Source of the DNA: Antedon mediterranea
Lineage: Eukaryota > Animalia > Echinodermata
Reading direction: 5' to 3'
Assembly (NCBI RefSeq): GCF_964355755.1
Contig: NC_092676.1
Location: 19,238,871-19,302,870 of the forward strand
DNA length: 64,000 bases
Shown in pieces: positions 54,501-60,367 of the stretch. Position numbers and translations under genes: made by a program. The notes under the pieces were generated by a model that ran no database searches, was not told the origin of the DNA, and worked only from the letters and a program-made list of their open reading frames with translations. Each line of letters starts with the position of its first letter. Positions within the stretch are counted from its first letter, which is position 1.

Positions 54501-57500
54501 GTATAAACCGACAATAGCCCGTGCTCTCCAGAGGGAGAGGGCTTAGATACGAAAGTGAAAAGTTCCTAGAACACCCCTGTATTATAATGGACCCATCCGC
54601 AACCACGCCCTCATGTGGGAACGTACCAACGTACACAAGGCTAACACTTAGCGTATCTTTTCTAACACGAAGAAAATGATGACGGTGGTACGTTCCCACA
54701 TGAGGGCGTGGTTGCGGACGGGTCCATTATAATACAGGGGTGTTCTAGGAACTTTTCACTTTCGTATCTAAGCCCTCCCTCTGGAGAGCACGGGCTATTG
54801 TCGGTTTATACAGGTAAGCTAGGCACGATATAGACACAATGTTATTAAATAGTTTAAATTTAAAGTTTTTGTTAAACTGTAACAATTAATCAATATAAAT
54901 GAGTGGAAAAATGACTAGTTATTTACAGAATACATTTATAGTTTACTATTAAAAATCCTAGCATTACATCATTAATAAGTACCAAATTCAGATTTGGTAT
55001 GTTTATTTTAAATTTACTATTATAGTAAAGAATATACCTTATAATAATAAATAGGAGAAATCATAATTTGTTATTAATAAATACAGTAGTAATTAATAGG
55101 TTGATATTGTTAAACTTCGGCCCAGAGCATATGTTTATTTATGAATAAATTCCTGAAGACAGAAGTATAGTGCCAAGTCTGGGTAAAAAAAGTAATAATA
55201 TAAACAAACCTAGCATAAACTGTAAAATCTATACAAAAACATTATTGTAATGTCATTTCGATTGTACTGTCCTGCAATAGCTGGCCTTGAAGTACAGACA
55301 AGGTACTGGTAGTTAATTTGCCTCAATTTATTATAAAAATAATGATAACAACTGTAGGTTAACATTTAATACTAATAAAATATAGGTTATAATATTTTGG
55401 AATTTTAAATGATGTTTAGAAATATAAGTTCAAATTATCAATGAAACTAAAACTATAATTACTGTAGTATCTCTATTCACTTTGTAAAATACATAATTAC
55501 CTACAATTAAATATGTATTTTTATAGAACACAATCATTCTTTCGCAATTTGTACAGGTTGAAATGAGTAGTATGGTAGTTAAAATTAATTTTCAGTTCAG
55601 CTGGTTGATATTCAAAATGCACTGTAACTAATATGTAGTATAGTGGCCTATAAATCATGTTTCCTACTACTGTACTCAATAAACAACAATTAATGATGAG
55701 ATGAATATCTGTCTATAGATATGTACAGTATTGTTTTGCAATATGTACAGTACAGTCAGATTTACTACAAAAAAAGGAGCCATATAATTGTTTAAAACAT
55801 AATTAATGACATTATAGATTATGGTTGTAATGCACCATCTAGGTATACAATATGATTGCCCAGTGTCTTGCTTCAAAGTAATCTACTGTACTATAGACTA
55901 GTAGTACATATAACTAAGTCTAAATAGACAACGTTCTGAATGCAATTTTGATCCATCTAGGTATAATGGCAATATTGCCCAGTGTCTTTGCTTCAAAGTT
56001 AAATCTACTTCACTACTTTTCTAACGTTCAAAATGAAATTTTGATCACTATCAAAACACTTTCAATATCGAATCTCAATTCTAATGAGTATCACTCACTG
56101 TTTGCCAACTCTATTATTCAAAGTTTCTAAATAAAATTATTTAATATCTTCCCAATTCAAGGTTTTTAAAATATTAATTAATATTATTAATAATTTACCC
56201 AGAAACTTGATTACCTACTGTACCTACCAAAGTTAGAATAAATTGTCCATAAAACCAACTTAATGGATAAATAACTAATAGTAATACTGTATACCTTAAC
56301 ATACCTGTATGAAAGTAAAACAATTACTTTACAGAGATTATTTTCAGATGGGTCAGAATGATTAAATAAAATAAATAAATACTTATAATTTATTTGACAT
56401 TTATGATTTAGTATTATTAAGGTGTAATTAGGACTTTACAAAATGTCTCCTGCTCACCATTCCATTTCCATCAAGGAAACATGTAATAATATTGACTGTA
56501 GTCTGGTTGTAAATTTTCAGTCATTATCATTTGAAAATGGCCTAAGCTTAATGTAGCATCAGTTTCAATGACACATTTGAAAAATTAATATTATGCTATG
56601 AATCAAACATGCACTTTACTCATATCACATGTCTATTGCAACTTAAGTGATTTGACCAATCGCAAATGATGGATTTTTCGAACTATTGCTTGTCATTGGT
56701 CAACTTGTTGCATTTCTAGTGGGAACCAAGATGAAGCGAAGATGGAGGATACACATTTTTCAGTTGAGTAAGGTTCTACTACTATGATGCAATTTGAAAA
56801 ATAATAATAAATAAATAGAAACCCAAAAAAGGGTATTGGATTTTGGCATGTTTTCCGTTGCATATAAAAGCAATGTTTTGACATAAGAAAGGCTTGTATT
56901 GTGGTCAATTGAAAGAAGTCTTTTATTATAAACAGTGGTTTATAAAATTGGTTTGAACAACAGTACTTATATTCTGTTCCATCAGGATGCACACTGTTGA
57001 TGCATGTTGGAATTAATATTAATTCCTCTATGGTTGACGCAACATTAAGACAGTATTGAGGCGGTTTCCTGTGTTTAGGCTTTGACAGGAAACTCTATCC
57101 TTGACAATTGTTTGTTTGTGGATGGTGCCTACAGTTCTCAGTTCCTTCCTTTATCAATCACCTACTACTAATTACTAGATACACACAGGAAGTGATGTAA
57201 AATTAAATACATACTTATTTTAAATACCATATTTAATTGAATAAATGCCAAAATTAAATGAAATTCCTCCCTCGAGCATCCTCTCCTCTCCTCCCCATTA
57301 TTTGGAATAAACATCCCCTCCTCCCATAGAACATCATTTGGAATAAATTCCCCCTAGAGGCGTTTATTAATATTATCCTAGAATAAACGCCCAGCCACAT
57401 GCATACTGGAACACAATATTGTATTACAACACATTTATATTTGTAGTACAATTCATTGATTGGCATGATCAACAATTTACCAAGCATTTTGAAACAATTT

Positions 57501-60053
57501 TTACTGTATTTTATTGCTACTTGATATCAATTGTGAATTTGTATTTTTTCATATATATATATATTAATTAGGGGGTATATAAAATACCTGAACACTACAG
57601 GTAAACACCCTGGGACATTTATTTTGATAAACACAGTGTTTTTTTTATTCAACCTGTTTAATTTTAACCTTAAATACATTACTGTACTGTACACTGTAGT
57701 AGGGATTTCCATTTGCTACAAAAAGTGCAGGGTACCTCTACACTGTACTATAGATAGGTGAAAACAAAATGTGGGTAGGAACCTCAGAGACTAGTTTTAT
57801 TAAAATGTTTCATGGGTGGATGTTGTTCTGAGTGGAATAAAATAAAACCATAGCCAACTAGTACTGTACATACTTTATGAGTTAAAATTTGTAGAATCAA
57901 TGTTGAATGAAAATCAAGCATGGTGAGATATTAAATTACTGTGTAGCGTGTGTACCTTGTACCCAACACTACAGTTACATGAAGAGAGTAGTACATTCAG
58001 CAATCAGTTTAATTGTGACTTTGTTTATCCTATTACCTTTACCCTTTACAAAAAGAGCAATTATTATCCTCTTTGATCTTTACATACTAAAAATAAGCAA
58101 TCCTCATACAACCGGTGTTTAATGTATGTCCTGTGTCATGTCAATTAATATTATGTGATTTGAATATTAACAAAACTGAGTAAATGGTATGTTAAGGAGG
58201 ATTTGATGAACACGGGTGTGAAATGTACAGTAGTATATTTAATGACAATCTACTGAAGCATAGAGAGATTGGAAATGTGGATTTTAGTCGAGAAATTTGA
58301 AATAAGATTTGATTATTATTACTAATATTTAAATTATATTATAATGAACACTGTGACAGACTATTAACAATTTAATTGGGGAATCCGATGATGTATGGTG
58401 TGAGTACTACTGTATTGTACAGCTCACTGTACATTTTAAATGATTGTGGGAACCTGTACTAAAGCTGCACAATGTGTAAAAACATATACTGTAATAAATA
58501 TATAGGCCATTAAACTAAATACCCACGACCTACTGGTATGTGTGTGGCTTATTAATTTCGCATTTAGTAATATCTTTATTAGATGATTTATTTGCATGTG
58601 GTTGCAAGGCAATTTTGACAACTATGGTTCAAGGACAAGGAGTCTACTATATTTTGCTTCCTGTGATCAGCAGTGCAAATACTATGGGCAACTTTTATTT
58701 ACAGTAGTAAAACTGGGCTAGGTCAGACGTAAATTGCATACAATTTTTTCATTTGAAGTAGTTTTATATCAAACTGTTTAAAGGTTTTATGTTGTGTACT
58801 GTATTTTTCTTCTTTTTTTTTTAGTTTTTGAGAAGAATTTGGTACTGTAGCTTTTACTGCTCTCAGTAACTGTTGATCAAATCACAATTGAATGTGCTCT
58901 TTTTTTTTCATTTTAATTATTAAATAGTAGTGGTCCCTATACACACTAGGAGATGTTTTAACAGATATGACATGTTTCAAACTCATCACAAAATATTTTG
59001 TGCATTTGAGCAACTATAGTATGGATGTAATTATGTATCAACTACCAAAATTAAACAGTAAATGTGAGTTTGAAAAATGAATTTGTTTTGATTTTGTTAA
59101 TATCAGGAGATTGGATGAAAATTCTGGGGGCTTCTGGAGAATTCTGCAGTAATACAACAGTGTGAGGCACAATTAGTGATACTGGGAGGAGTTGAAATTG
59201 CTACTATAGTATCAGCAATGTGACACTCAGCTAGGTTACTTACCAATTCTAATCCTTGGTGAAATGGAACTTCTTTCCAATCTTGTTCTGGAAATCGTTG
59301 TAGTATCTTGCCATTACAAAAACCACCCTCTGTGAATAAAATAACAAGAATACCTCATTGTGATTTGACAGTAAATAGATCTTTAAACACTAAAAAAAAT
59401 TCTCTACCCTAGTATTAGGAAAAAAAAAGATGACCAGATTATAAATATTACCTCCAGAAGGTCGTGACAAAAAAAACCTCAAAGCAATTTGAAAAAGTCA
59501 TTAAGCAAAGAAACAAATTCGCAAACCCCAGGTCCATAAACACATCATCACTAGCTTCCTACATTCAAGGCTCGAGCCTACTGTATTACTGTACTATCCA
59601 GCCTAGACAGCTAGTGCCAGTGGTCAAGAAAGTCTAGCTAGGGCCTACATAAAAAAGAATTAAAAAACGCAAAATACACCACACACACACGTCATTCACA
59701 TCATCACAACATAAACAGTATCAATTAGTCCTAACAAGACAAGAGTTAGTTAGGAATTTGGAAGACAGATTGCCGATAAACCTAGAGACTAATCTACAAA
59801 TGGAAAATATTATGGATGTAGGCTAGGCCTCACTCTACGGCCACTTTACTTGCATTGGGCTTGGCCTGCCTCGGCAGGATGCAGCCTAGCTAAGCCTAGT
59901 TTTAGACCGCACCAGAGGCTAGCCTATTTTCCTGAACGGGAAGACGGGAATCCCAGGGCGAAACACGCCCAGTATTTAAATATTTGAACCTTACTTACGT
60001 TCTTTTTCGTGATCATATCCAACAACAACAAAATAGTCTGCTAAACGAGACAT
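426..60053 (-). CDS. SBF2: SET-binding factor / myotubularin-related protein 13 (MTMR13/MTMR5-like pseudophosphatase, DENN Rab-GEF); 37 exons, 3' end outside window
   Basis: N-terminus [17 protein letters not shown]...[11 protein letters not shown]...FCQPGGW matches the SBF1/SBF2 family. Order is DENN, SBF2, GRAM, myotubularin ([27 protein letters not shown]), C1, PH. All 37 exons have GT-AG boundaries with matching phases and sum to 5877 nt. Likely the single invertebrate co-orthologue of SBF1/SBF2. Confidence 0.95.
1098..1219 (-). CDS. SBF2: SBF exon 36 (PH; [19 protein letters not shown])
   Basis: 122 nt, TAG/GTATGC. Confidence 0.92.
1522..1683 (-). CDS. SBF2: SBF exon 35 (C1 domain C-half [12 protein letters not shown])
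   Basis: 162 nt, CAG/GTATGT. Confidence 0.9.
2297..2426 (-). CDS. SBF2: SBF exon 34 (C1 domain N-half [17 protein letters not shown])
   Basis: 130 nt, AAG/GTAAGA. Confidence 0.9.
2944..3123 (-). CDS. SBF2: SBF exon 33 (EIIQLETDL...[11 protein letters not shown])
   Basis: 180 nt, CAG/GTAAAT. Confidence 0.9.
3538..3762 (-). CDS. SBF2: SBF exon 32 ([17 protein letters not shown])
   Basis: 225 nt, CAG/GTAAGT. Confidence 0.92.
4328..4491 (-). CDS. SBF2: SBF exon 31 (SFWEYVD...IFYNVFY)
   Basis: 164 nt, TAG/GTATGT. Confidence 0.88.
5077..6018. mobile_element. Penelope-like pseudo-LTR insertion (direct plus inverted copies, hammerhead motifs)
   Basis: ~210-bp unit at 5077-5286 (+), 5285-5515 (inverted) and 5540-5776 (+), with partial copies to 6018. 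15-bp duplication ATAACAGTATATATG at 5062-5076 and 6019-6033. CTGATGA...GAAAC core. Confidence 0.75.
5124..5166 (-). ncRNA. Minimal type I hammerhead ribozyme motif
   Basis: Minus strand TTTTCAC-CTGATGA-T-GGGC-TAT-GCCC-GAAA-CATG-TC-GTTAAAA: intact core, helix II, palindromic minimal helix III typical of Penelope-type hammerheads. Confidence 0.7.
6950..7021 (-). CDS. SBF2: Candidate alternative cassette exon ([23 protein letters not shown])
   Basis: 72 nt, phase 1-1, open; acceptor CCTTCTCTTTGGGGTTGTTAG, donor GTTTGT; three GCATG motifs within 65 nt downstream. Confidence 0.45.
8014..8140 (-). CDS. SBF2: SBF exon 30 ([12 protein letters not shown]...DSEYER)
   Basis: 127 nt, TAG/GTAAGT, ends phase 1. 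Confidence 0.94.
8290..8555 (+). mobile_element. SINE with Deu/Nin-like central domain
   Basis: B-box-like GGTTCGAG, then GGATAAGGACTATAAAC...GCACTTTAAAGAACC...GTAGGGGTTAACCCGGTGT, and an (AAAT)n tail; degenerate copy near 29040-29115. Confidence 0.6.
8728..8913 (-). CDS. SBF2: SBF exon 29 ([10 protein letters not shown]...[10 protein letters not shown])
   Basis: 186 nt, CAG/GTAAAC. Confidence 0.94.
9373..9477 (-). CDS. SBF2: SBF exon 28 (degenerate P-loop [15 protein letters not shown])
   Basis: 105 nt, CAG/GTTAGT; aligns to VHCSDGWDRT of active myotubularins. Confidence 0.92.
10021..10194 (-). CDS. SBF2: SBF exon 27 ([11 protein letters not shown]...EDSEWLPQ)
   Basis: 174 nt, CAG/GTGCGT. 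Confidence 0.92.
10804..10988 (-). CDS. SBF2: SBF exon 26 (NLRSSGR...[13 protein letters not shown])
   Basis: 185 nt, CAG/GTAAGT. Confidence 0.85.
14112..14183. repeat. 14-bp minisatellite (GCCACAGGGGTGGT)x5
   Basis: Direct reading. Confidence 0.9.
16070..16330 (-). CDS. SBF2: SBF exon 25 (SMEQEKYF...)
   Basis: 261 nt, TAG/GTAAGG. Confidence 0.88.
16909..17114 (-). CDS. SBF2: SBF exon 24 (YPGLVVVP...[10 protein letters not shown])
   Basis: 206 nt, CAG/GTTAGT; an in-frame alternative donor would end it at 16915. Confidence 0.9.
17467..17665 (-). CDS. SBF2: SBF exon 23 (IDEADIG...DYKRLGLG...YEVAR)
   Basis: 199 nt, TAG/GTAAGC. Confidence 0.92.
17825..18003. mobile_element. Harbinger-like MITE (TIR AGGCCARTTTACACAGAC)
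   Basis: TAA flanks; further copies at ~789-948 and ~20452-20667. Confidence 0.75.
18711..19447. mobile_element. Tc1/mariner-like MITE (TA-CAGYAGAACC...GGTTCTACTG-TA) with nested Harbinger-like MITE at ~18753-19307
   Basis: Outer TIRs with TA flanks; inner TIR GGGCCTGTTTCTGCTGC with TAA duplication. Outer family also at ~739-1054, ~7288-7470 and ~26469-26680. Confidence 0.75.
19710..19730 (-). CDS. SBF2: Candidate 21-nt microexon (FSPVLG)
   Basis: Acceptor TTTTCTTTTCTGCATTTTAAACAG, donor GTATGA, phase 1-1, in frame. Confidence 0.55.
20144..20334. mobile_element. Harbinger-like MITE (TIR AGGGCCTTTCACACCTG)
   Basis: Perfect TIRs with TAA flanks. Confidence 0.75.
21599..21664 (-). CDS. SBF2: Candidate alternative cassette exon ([21 protein letters not shown])
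   Basis: 66 nt, phase 1-1, open frame, acceptor CTTTTCCTCATCAG, weak donor GTTAAT; TGCATG motifs downstream. Confidence 0.5.
21824..22200. repeat. ~200-bp tandem duplication
   Basis: GAACCCTGGTAYATGATTACCACTCCTACCATAA at ~21824 and ~22021. Confidence 0.8.
22773..22930. mobile_element. ~150-bp MITE family A (TIR AGCTCTGTCTACACTATCAAACT), PIF/Harbinger-like
   Basis: About 9 copies: 1809-2240 (split by an insert), 2695-2893, 7068-7208, 9559-9696, 12950-13077, 15654-15789, 22773-22930, 41042-41164, 47128-47270; TAA/TTA flanks. Confidence 0.85.
23148..23377 (-). CDS. SBF2: SBF exon 22 (linker; NFAKQTL...DDDDLN)
   Basis: 230 nt, CAG/GTAAGT, ends phase 1. Confidence 0.9.
23723..23898 (-). CDS. 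SBF2: SBF exon 21 ([10 protein letters not shown]...)
   Basis: 176 nt, CAG/GTAAGT. Confidence 0.92.
24354..24487 (-). CDS. SBF2: SBF exon 20 ([15 protein letters not shown]...RSNTFQ)
   Basis: 134 nt, TAG/GTAAAT. Confidence 0.92.
25237..25506 (-). CDS. SBF2: SBF exon 19 (GRAM; [19 protein letters not shown])
   Basis: 270 nt, TAG/GTTTGT. Confidence 0.92.
25984..26135 (-). CDS. SBF2: SBF exon 18 ([12 protein letters not shown])
   Basis: 152 nt, CAG/GTAAGT. Confidence 0.92.
26814..27073 (-). CDS. SBF2: SBF exon 17 ([10 protein letters not shown])
   Basis: 260 nt, CAG/GTAAGT. Confidence 0.9.
27463..27618 (-). CDS. SBF2: SBF exon 16 ([20 protein letters not shown])
   Basis: 156 nt, CAG/GTAAGT. 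Confidence 0.92.
27721..27995. mobile_element. Fold-back element, subfamily 1
   Basis: ~75-bp inverted arms plus a 30-bp unpaired left extension; right-arm fragment at ~49955-50030. Confidence 0.7.
28228..28296 (-). CDS. SBF2: SBF exon 15 (EDSSTEEF...LPLSVAFCR)
   Basis: 69 nt, CAG/GTGAGT. Confidence 0.9.
28603..28752 (-). CDS. SBF2: SBF exon 14 ([10 protein letters not shown]...LINCSLQ)
   Basis: 150 nt, CAG/GTAAAT. Confidence 0.92.
29411..29593 (-). CDS. SBF2: SBF exon 13 ([14 protein letters not shown])
   Basis: 183 nt, CAG/GTAAGG. Confidence 0.92.
30060..30194 (-). CDS. SBF2: SBF exon 12 ([15 protein letters not shown]...)
   Basis: 135 nt, CAG/GTAAGT. Confidence 0.9.
30601..31179 (+). 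CDS. SGNH/GDSL hydrolase-family protein, 192 aa
   Basis: Block [10 protein letters not shown], block II RGG, block [10 protein letters not shown], block V DGVH; intronless. Confidence 0.88.
   Translation: MPITVCLFGHSFIRRLRDYANTPFNNAANMRLSKHNFVIAYRCRGGLKLHQYPSLLYAWPVSPDVVIIQLGENDLADRDNRYIVTRLCTFVDFLLCGTGCKLVMICQLLKRSPNVVGGRFNDRIIELNRTLERRFANRHDVILWKHRGLWGDLSHLHVDGVHLGPSGMYKYMRSVRGAMMHAEKILKRPVFK
31330..31632. mobile_element. Non-autonomous hairpin element nested in the retrotransposon
   Basis: ~75-bp arms (31468-31543 and 31557-31629) around the loop TCGGCTTTACCTC; flanked by TA-rich microsatellite. Confidence 0.65.
31702..32082 (+). repeat. Three dispersed structured repeats CCTGGGTAAYTWCCAGC-N-GCTGTGCCKCCAGG
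   Basis: Copies at 31724-31761, 31888-31926 and 32027-32060, each on a longer basal stem. Confidence 0.85.
32173..33093 (+). CDS. Gag-like ORF1 of YR retrotransposon
   Basis: First ATG at 32173. Motifs [21 protein letters not shown] and WRAYDEQFR; C-terminal CCCH plus CCHC zinc fingers ([33 protein letters not shown]). Confidence 0.85.
   Translation: MPKSKSTRRSAAPKPTTTEQPTANIDYEKLAEAVAKQMKKPTDAPPATNSSEGDGPSAMEEAVTPLISDLLQGEPSTGFQLTMMDTIALGSDIPLPTKTKIWNDQYIEIRSLLPNQRDPHMSVTIAGNQVRVESDQKRKPLTVLEWQQAFHIYAAIFLEKFPKECFNILKYANNILELSITAQNNAWRAYDEQFRRARQGRSLKWEVLHTELMLKLVTYQSVPMTTSGVRTGFNQPFRGVPKGYCFAFHTGKTCTAHPCTFKHNCPLCDLPHPKIRCRKQRPSGFGHITARNQTAKQGNITNTSKS
32885..34639 (+). CDS. Reverse transcriptase - RNase H of YR retrotransposon
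   Basis: [34 protein letters not shown]; RNase [30 protein letters not shown]. Open frame overlapping gag; first ATG at 33095. Confidence 0.95.
   Translation: MGFPKATALPSIQEKPAQHIPVLSNTTVPCATSLIPRSAAGNSVPLDSDISRPEIKQPSKATLPTPVKVKMLASYLTGYSPRLFTNLISGFSVGFRLCCNTLPPPGIARNHPSAINHPEQITTFIKIGIQRKRLAGPFVSPPFSDFVASPLGVIPKAEAGKFRIIQDLSYQRGVSVNSGIPSEASAVSYDTIDSVIMLVLRNGIGCLMAKADIEDAFRIVPIHPDDYHLLGFSWEGLLYFDKCLPMGASRSCQIFESFSRAIIWIMGNKFQVHESSHILDDFWFVGSAHSKTCREALASFIFLCRRIGVPIKDSKTVAPTTNIIIYGIEVDSINMICRLPDAKVTKIKSILDKFVTRKKVTLRELQSLIGLLSYACSVVLPGRTFLRRLINLLSLAKHPNHFIRLSLEAKQDLYMWLTFIKHFNGKALILPEKWITSDTIRLFTDAAGSIGCGAILGSDWFAFPWPCSFLGRSIAVLELFPIVIALETWAPRLANKRILFRSDNQAVCEILNKKTAKDATLLRLLRRLVLCCLNHNILFKAKHIPGKENVLADLLSRLKINKALSLDKSLSAHPTEVQHELLHI
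34610..34777 (+). repeat. Four bulged-hairpin repeats GAAGTNCAGC-N4/5-GCTGCTTC
   Basis: Copies at 34610, 34667, 34711 and 34755 (periods 57, 44, 44). Confidence 0.85.
34840..35628 (+). CDS. Tyrosine recombinase (YR); open frame from 34840, first ATG 34933
   Basis: Catalytic residues GFFRLGEL (R), HHKTG (K), [10 protein letters not shown] (HxxR), GRW and KKYIR (Y). Homology extends upstream of the ATG ([15 protein letters not shown]). Confidence 0.92.
   Translation, partial: THSKEQPIGTICNFLSHLFDKGLAPGTISSHMSAISFVHKLVGLPDPSGFFLVQKIIRGIHSRAAKVDSRLPITKGILIRLLDALQFIEPLLPHRLLLEALFLTAFQGFFRLGELASKAKDSNVVQRNDLTLNETGALIIIRHHKTGVGKPPVSVSFAPWVREKYCPVAALTNYLAHCQQSTGPLFQHLDGKAVTQQFVSCRLRAAVSFIGLNPSHYKGHSFRIGAATHAASLGMSDSLIQQFGRWKSSVFKKYIRISSFSS
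36662..36760 (-). CDS. SBF2: SBF exon 11 (LVANYQ...IAMQLFTN)
   Basis: 99 nt, TAG/GTAAGT. Confidence 0.88.
37375..37503 (-). CDS. SBF2: SBF exon 10 (dDENN; [10 protein letters not shown])
   Basis: 129 nt, CAG/GTATGT. Confidence 0.92.
37580..37847. mobile_element. Harbinger-like MITE (TIR AGCCTGGTTTCCAT-AAAATCGCTAC)
   Basis: TIRs with TAA/TTA flanks. Confidence 0.7.
37917..39919. mobile_element. 2.0-kb non-autonomous DNA transposon, 16-bp TIR, 9-bp TSD
   Basis: TIR AGGTATCCCAATGAAA at both ends; ACTTATAGT at 37908-37916 and 39920-39928; no long ORF. Confidence 0.85.
40457..40651 (-). CDS. SBF2: SBF exon 9 ([10 protein letters not shown]...[10 protein letters not shown]...ISFNK)
   Basis: 195 nt, TAG/GTAATG. 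Confidence 0.92.
40746..40931. mobile_element. Tc1/mariner-like MITE (TIR CAGTCAATTCTCC, TA TSD)
   Basis: TA-CAGTCAATTCTCC...GGAGAATTGACTG-TA. Confidence 0.7.
41235..41348 (-). CDS. SBF2: SBF exon 8 ([11 protein letters not shown]...)
   Basis: 114 nt, CAG/GTAGGA; DENN DLD motif. Confidence 0.9.
41510..41790 (+). mobile_element. tRNA-derived SINE family (other copies ~2490-2695, ~16590-16855, ~44835-45120)
   Basis: Shared GGCAAGRCACTT...TTTGCCTCTCTCCACCCAGGTGTACAAATGGGTACC...GATTACTAGCTGCA core and AT-rich tail in four places. Confidence 0.7.
41823..41931 (-). CDS. SBF2: SBF exon 7 (YVYIPLLP...[11 protein letters not shown])
   Basis: 109 nt, CAG/GTAAGT; DENN PTPFIxG motif. Confidence 0.92.
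42050..42400. repeat. ~17-bp minisatellite (TTATTCAACTGCAGTAC)
   Basis: About 20 degenerate units; a short inverted copy at ~36858-36915. Confidence 0.85.
42424..42556 (-). CDS. SBF2: SBF exon 6 (cDENN; IQNVITLF...LLYPFKY)
   Basis: 133 nt, CAG/GTAAGC. Confidence 0.92.
43143..43248 (-). CDS. SBF2: SBF exon 5 ([11 protein letters not shown]...LFQQL)
   Basis: 106 nt, CAG/GTACGT. Confidence 0.92.
46046..46334. mobile_element. MITE-like element with ~43-bp imperfect TIRs
   Basis: GTATGACC..CTATATGA..GAGAGGTGCGTCATTTAT matched by ATAAATGATGCACCTCTC..TCATATAG..GGTCATAC. Confidence 0.6.
48272..48424. mobile_element. Harbinger-like MITE (TIR AGCTTGGTTCCCACTAG)
   Basis: Second copy at ~14332-14483 and a partial copy at ~56640-56730. 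Confidence 0.7.
48490..48603 (-). CDS. SBF2: SBF exon 4 (NCLGLIYT...PAPGGSQ)
   Basis: 114 nt, CAG/GTAAAT. Confidence 0.9.
49134..49391 (-). CDS. SBF2: SBF exon 3 (FCQPGGW...LDTFK)
   Basis: 258 nt within ORF 49053..49430; CAG/GTGAGT. Confidence 0.93.
52104..53036. mobile_element. ~930-bp Harbinger-like non-autonomous element (TIR GGCCCGTTTCTGCTGCCAA)
   Basis: Same TIR family and ATACCGTAT subterminal repeats as the element at 18753-19307; TTA flanks. Confidence 0.75.
54449..54835. mobile_element. Fold-back element, subfamily 2
   Basis: ~150-bp near-perfect inverted arms; same left extension and termini as 27721-27995. Confidence 0.75.
59244..59329 (-). CDS. SBF2: SBF exon 2 (uDENN; [28 protein letters not shown])
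   Basis: 86 nt, CAG acceptor, GTAAGT donor. Confidence 0.92.
59999..60053 (-). CDS. SBF2: SBF exon 1 (ATG; [18 protein letters not shown])
   Basis: 55 nt, donor GTAAGT, phase 1. Confidence 0.93.
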
Positions 60054-60114
60054 TTTTAAGCAGTTTTTATTATCATCGTCCCATCGCAAAAGTCAGTTCT
60101 TATTACGCCTTGCA

Positions 60115-60170
60115 AAACATATCCGCCATGATTGATGATTCGATAAAAACGTAGTGAGCATGCGCAAACA
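60115..60170 (-). promoter_or_regulatory. Putative SBF proximal promoter motifs (YY1-like, NRF1-like)
   Basis: ATGGCGG on the minus strand near 60123-60129; TGAGCATGCGCA at 60155-60166 is 11/12 to the NRF1 palindrome TGCGCATGCGCA; both 70-110 bp upstream of the ATG. Confidence 0.35.
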
Positions 60171-60367
60171 AAAATGAACTTTTATATAATAATTTATCGC
60201 AGAGTACTGGCCGATCGTAACGTGAATATTAATTGACATGACAGAAACAATGTTAAAAACAACAATTAATATTATGGTAAACCATGGAATAAAATATTAC
60301 ATTTATAATGCATTTTGTATGTTCGTTAGTTTTTCGTGTGGCCCTCCATTTGTGTAATTGGAAGTTG

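Noticed and set aside
50530-58621. Many 60-100 aa ORFs in SBF intron 2
   Set aside because: Compositionally biased chance ORFs in AT-rich intron and MITE sequence
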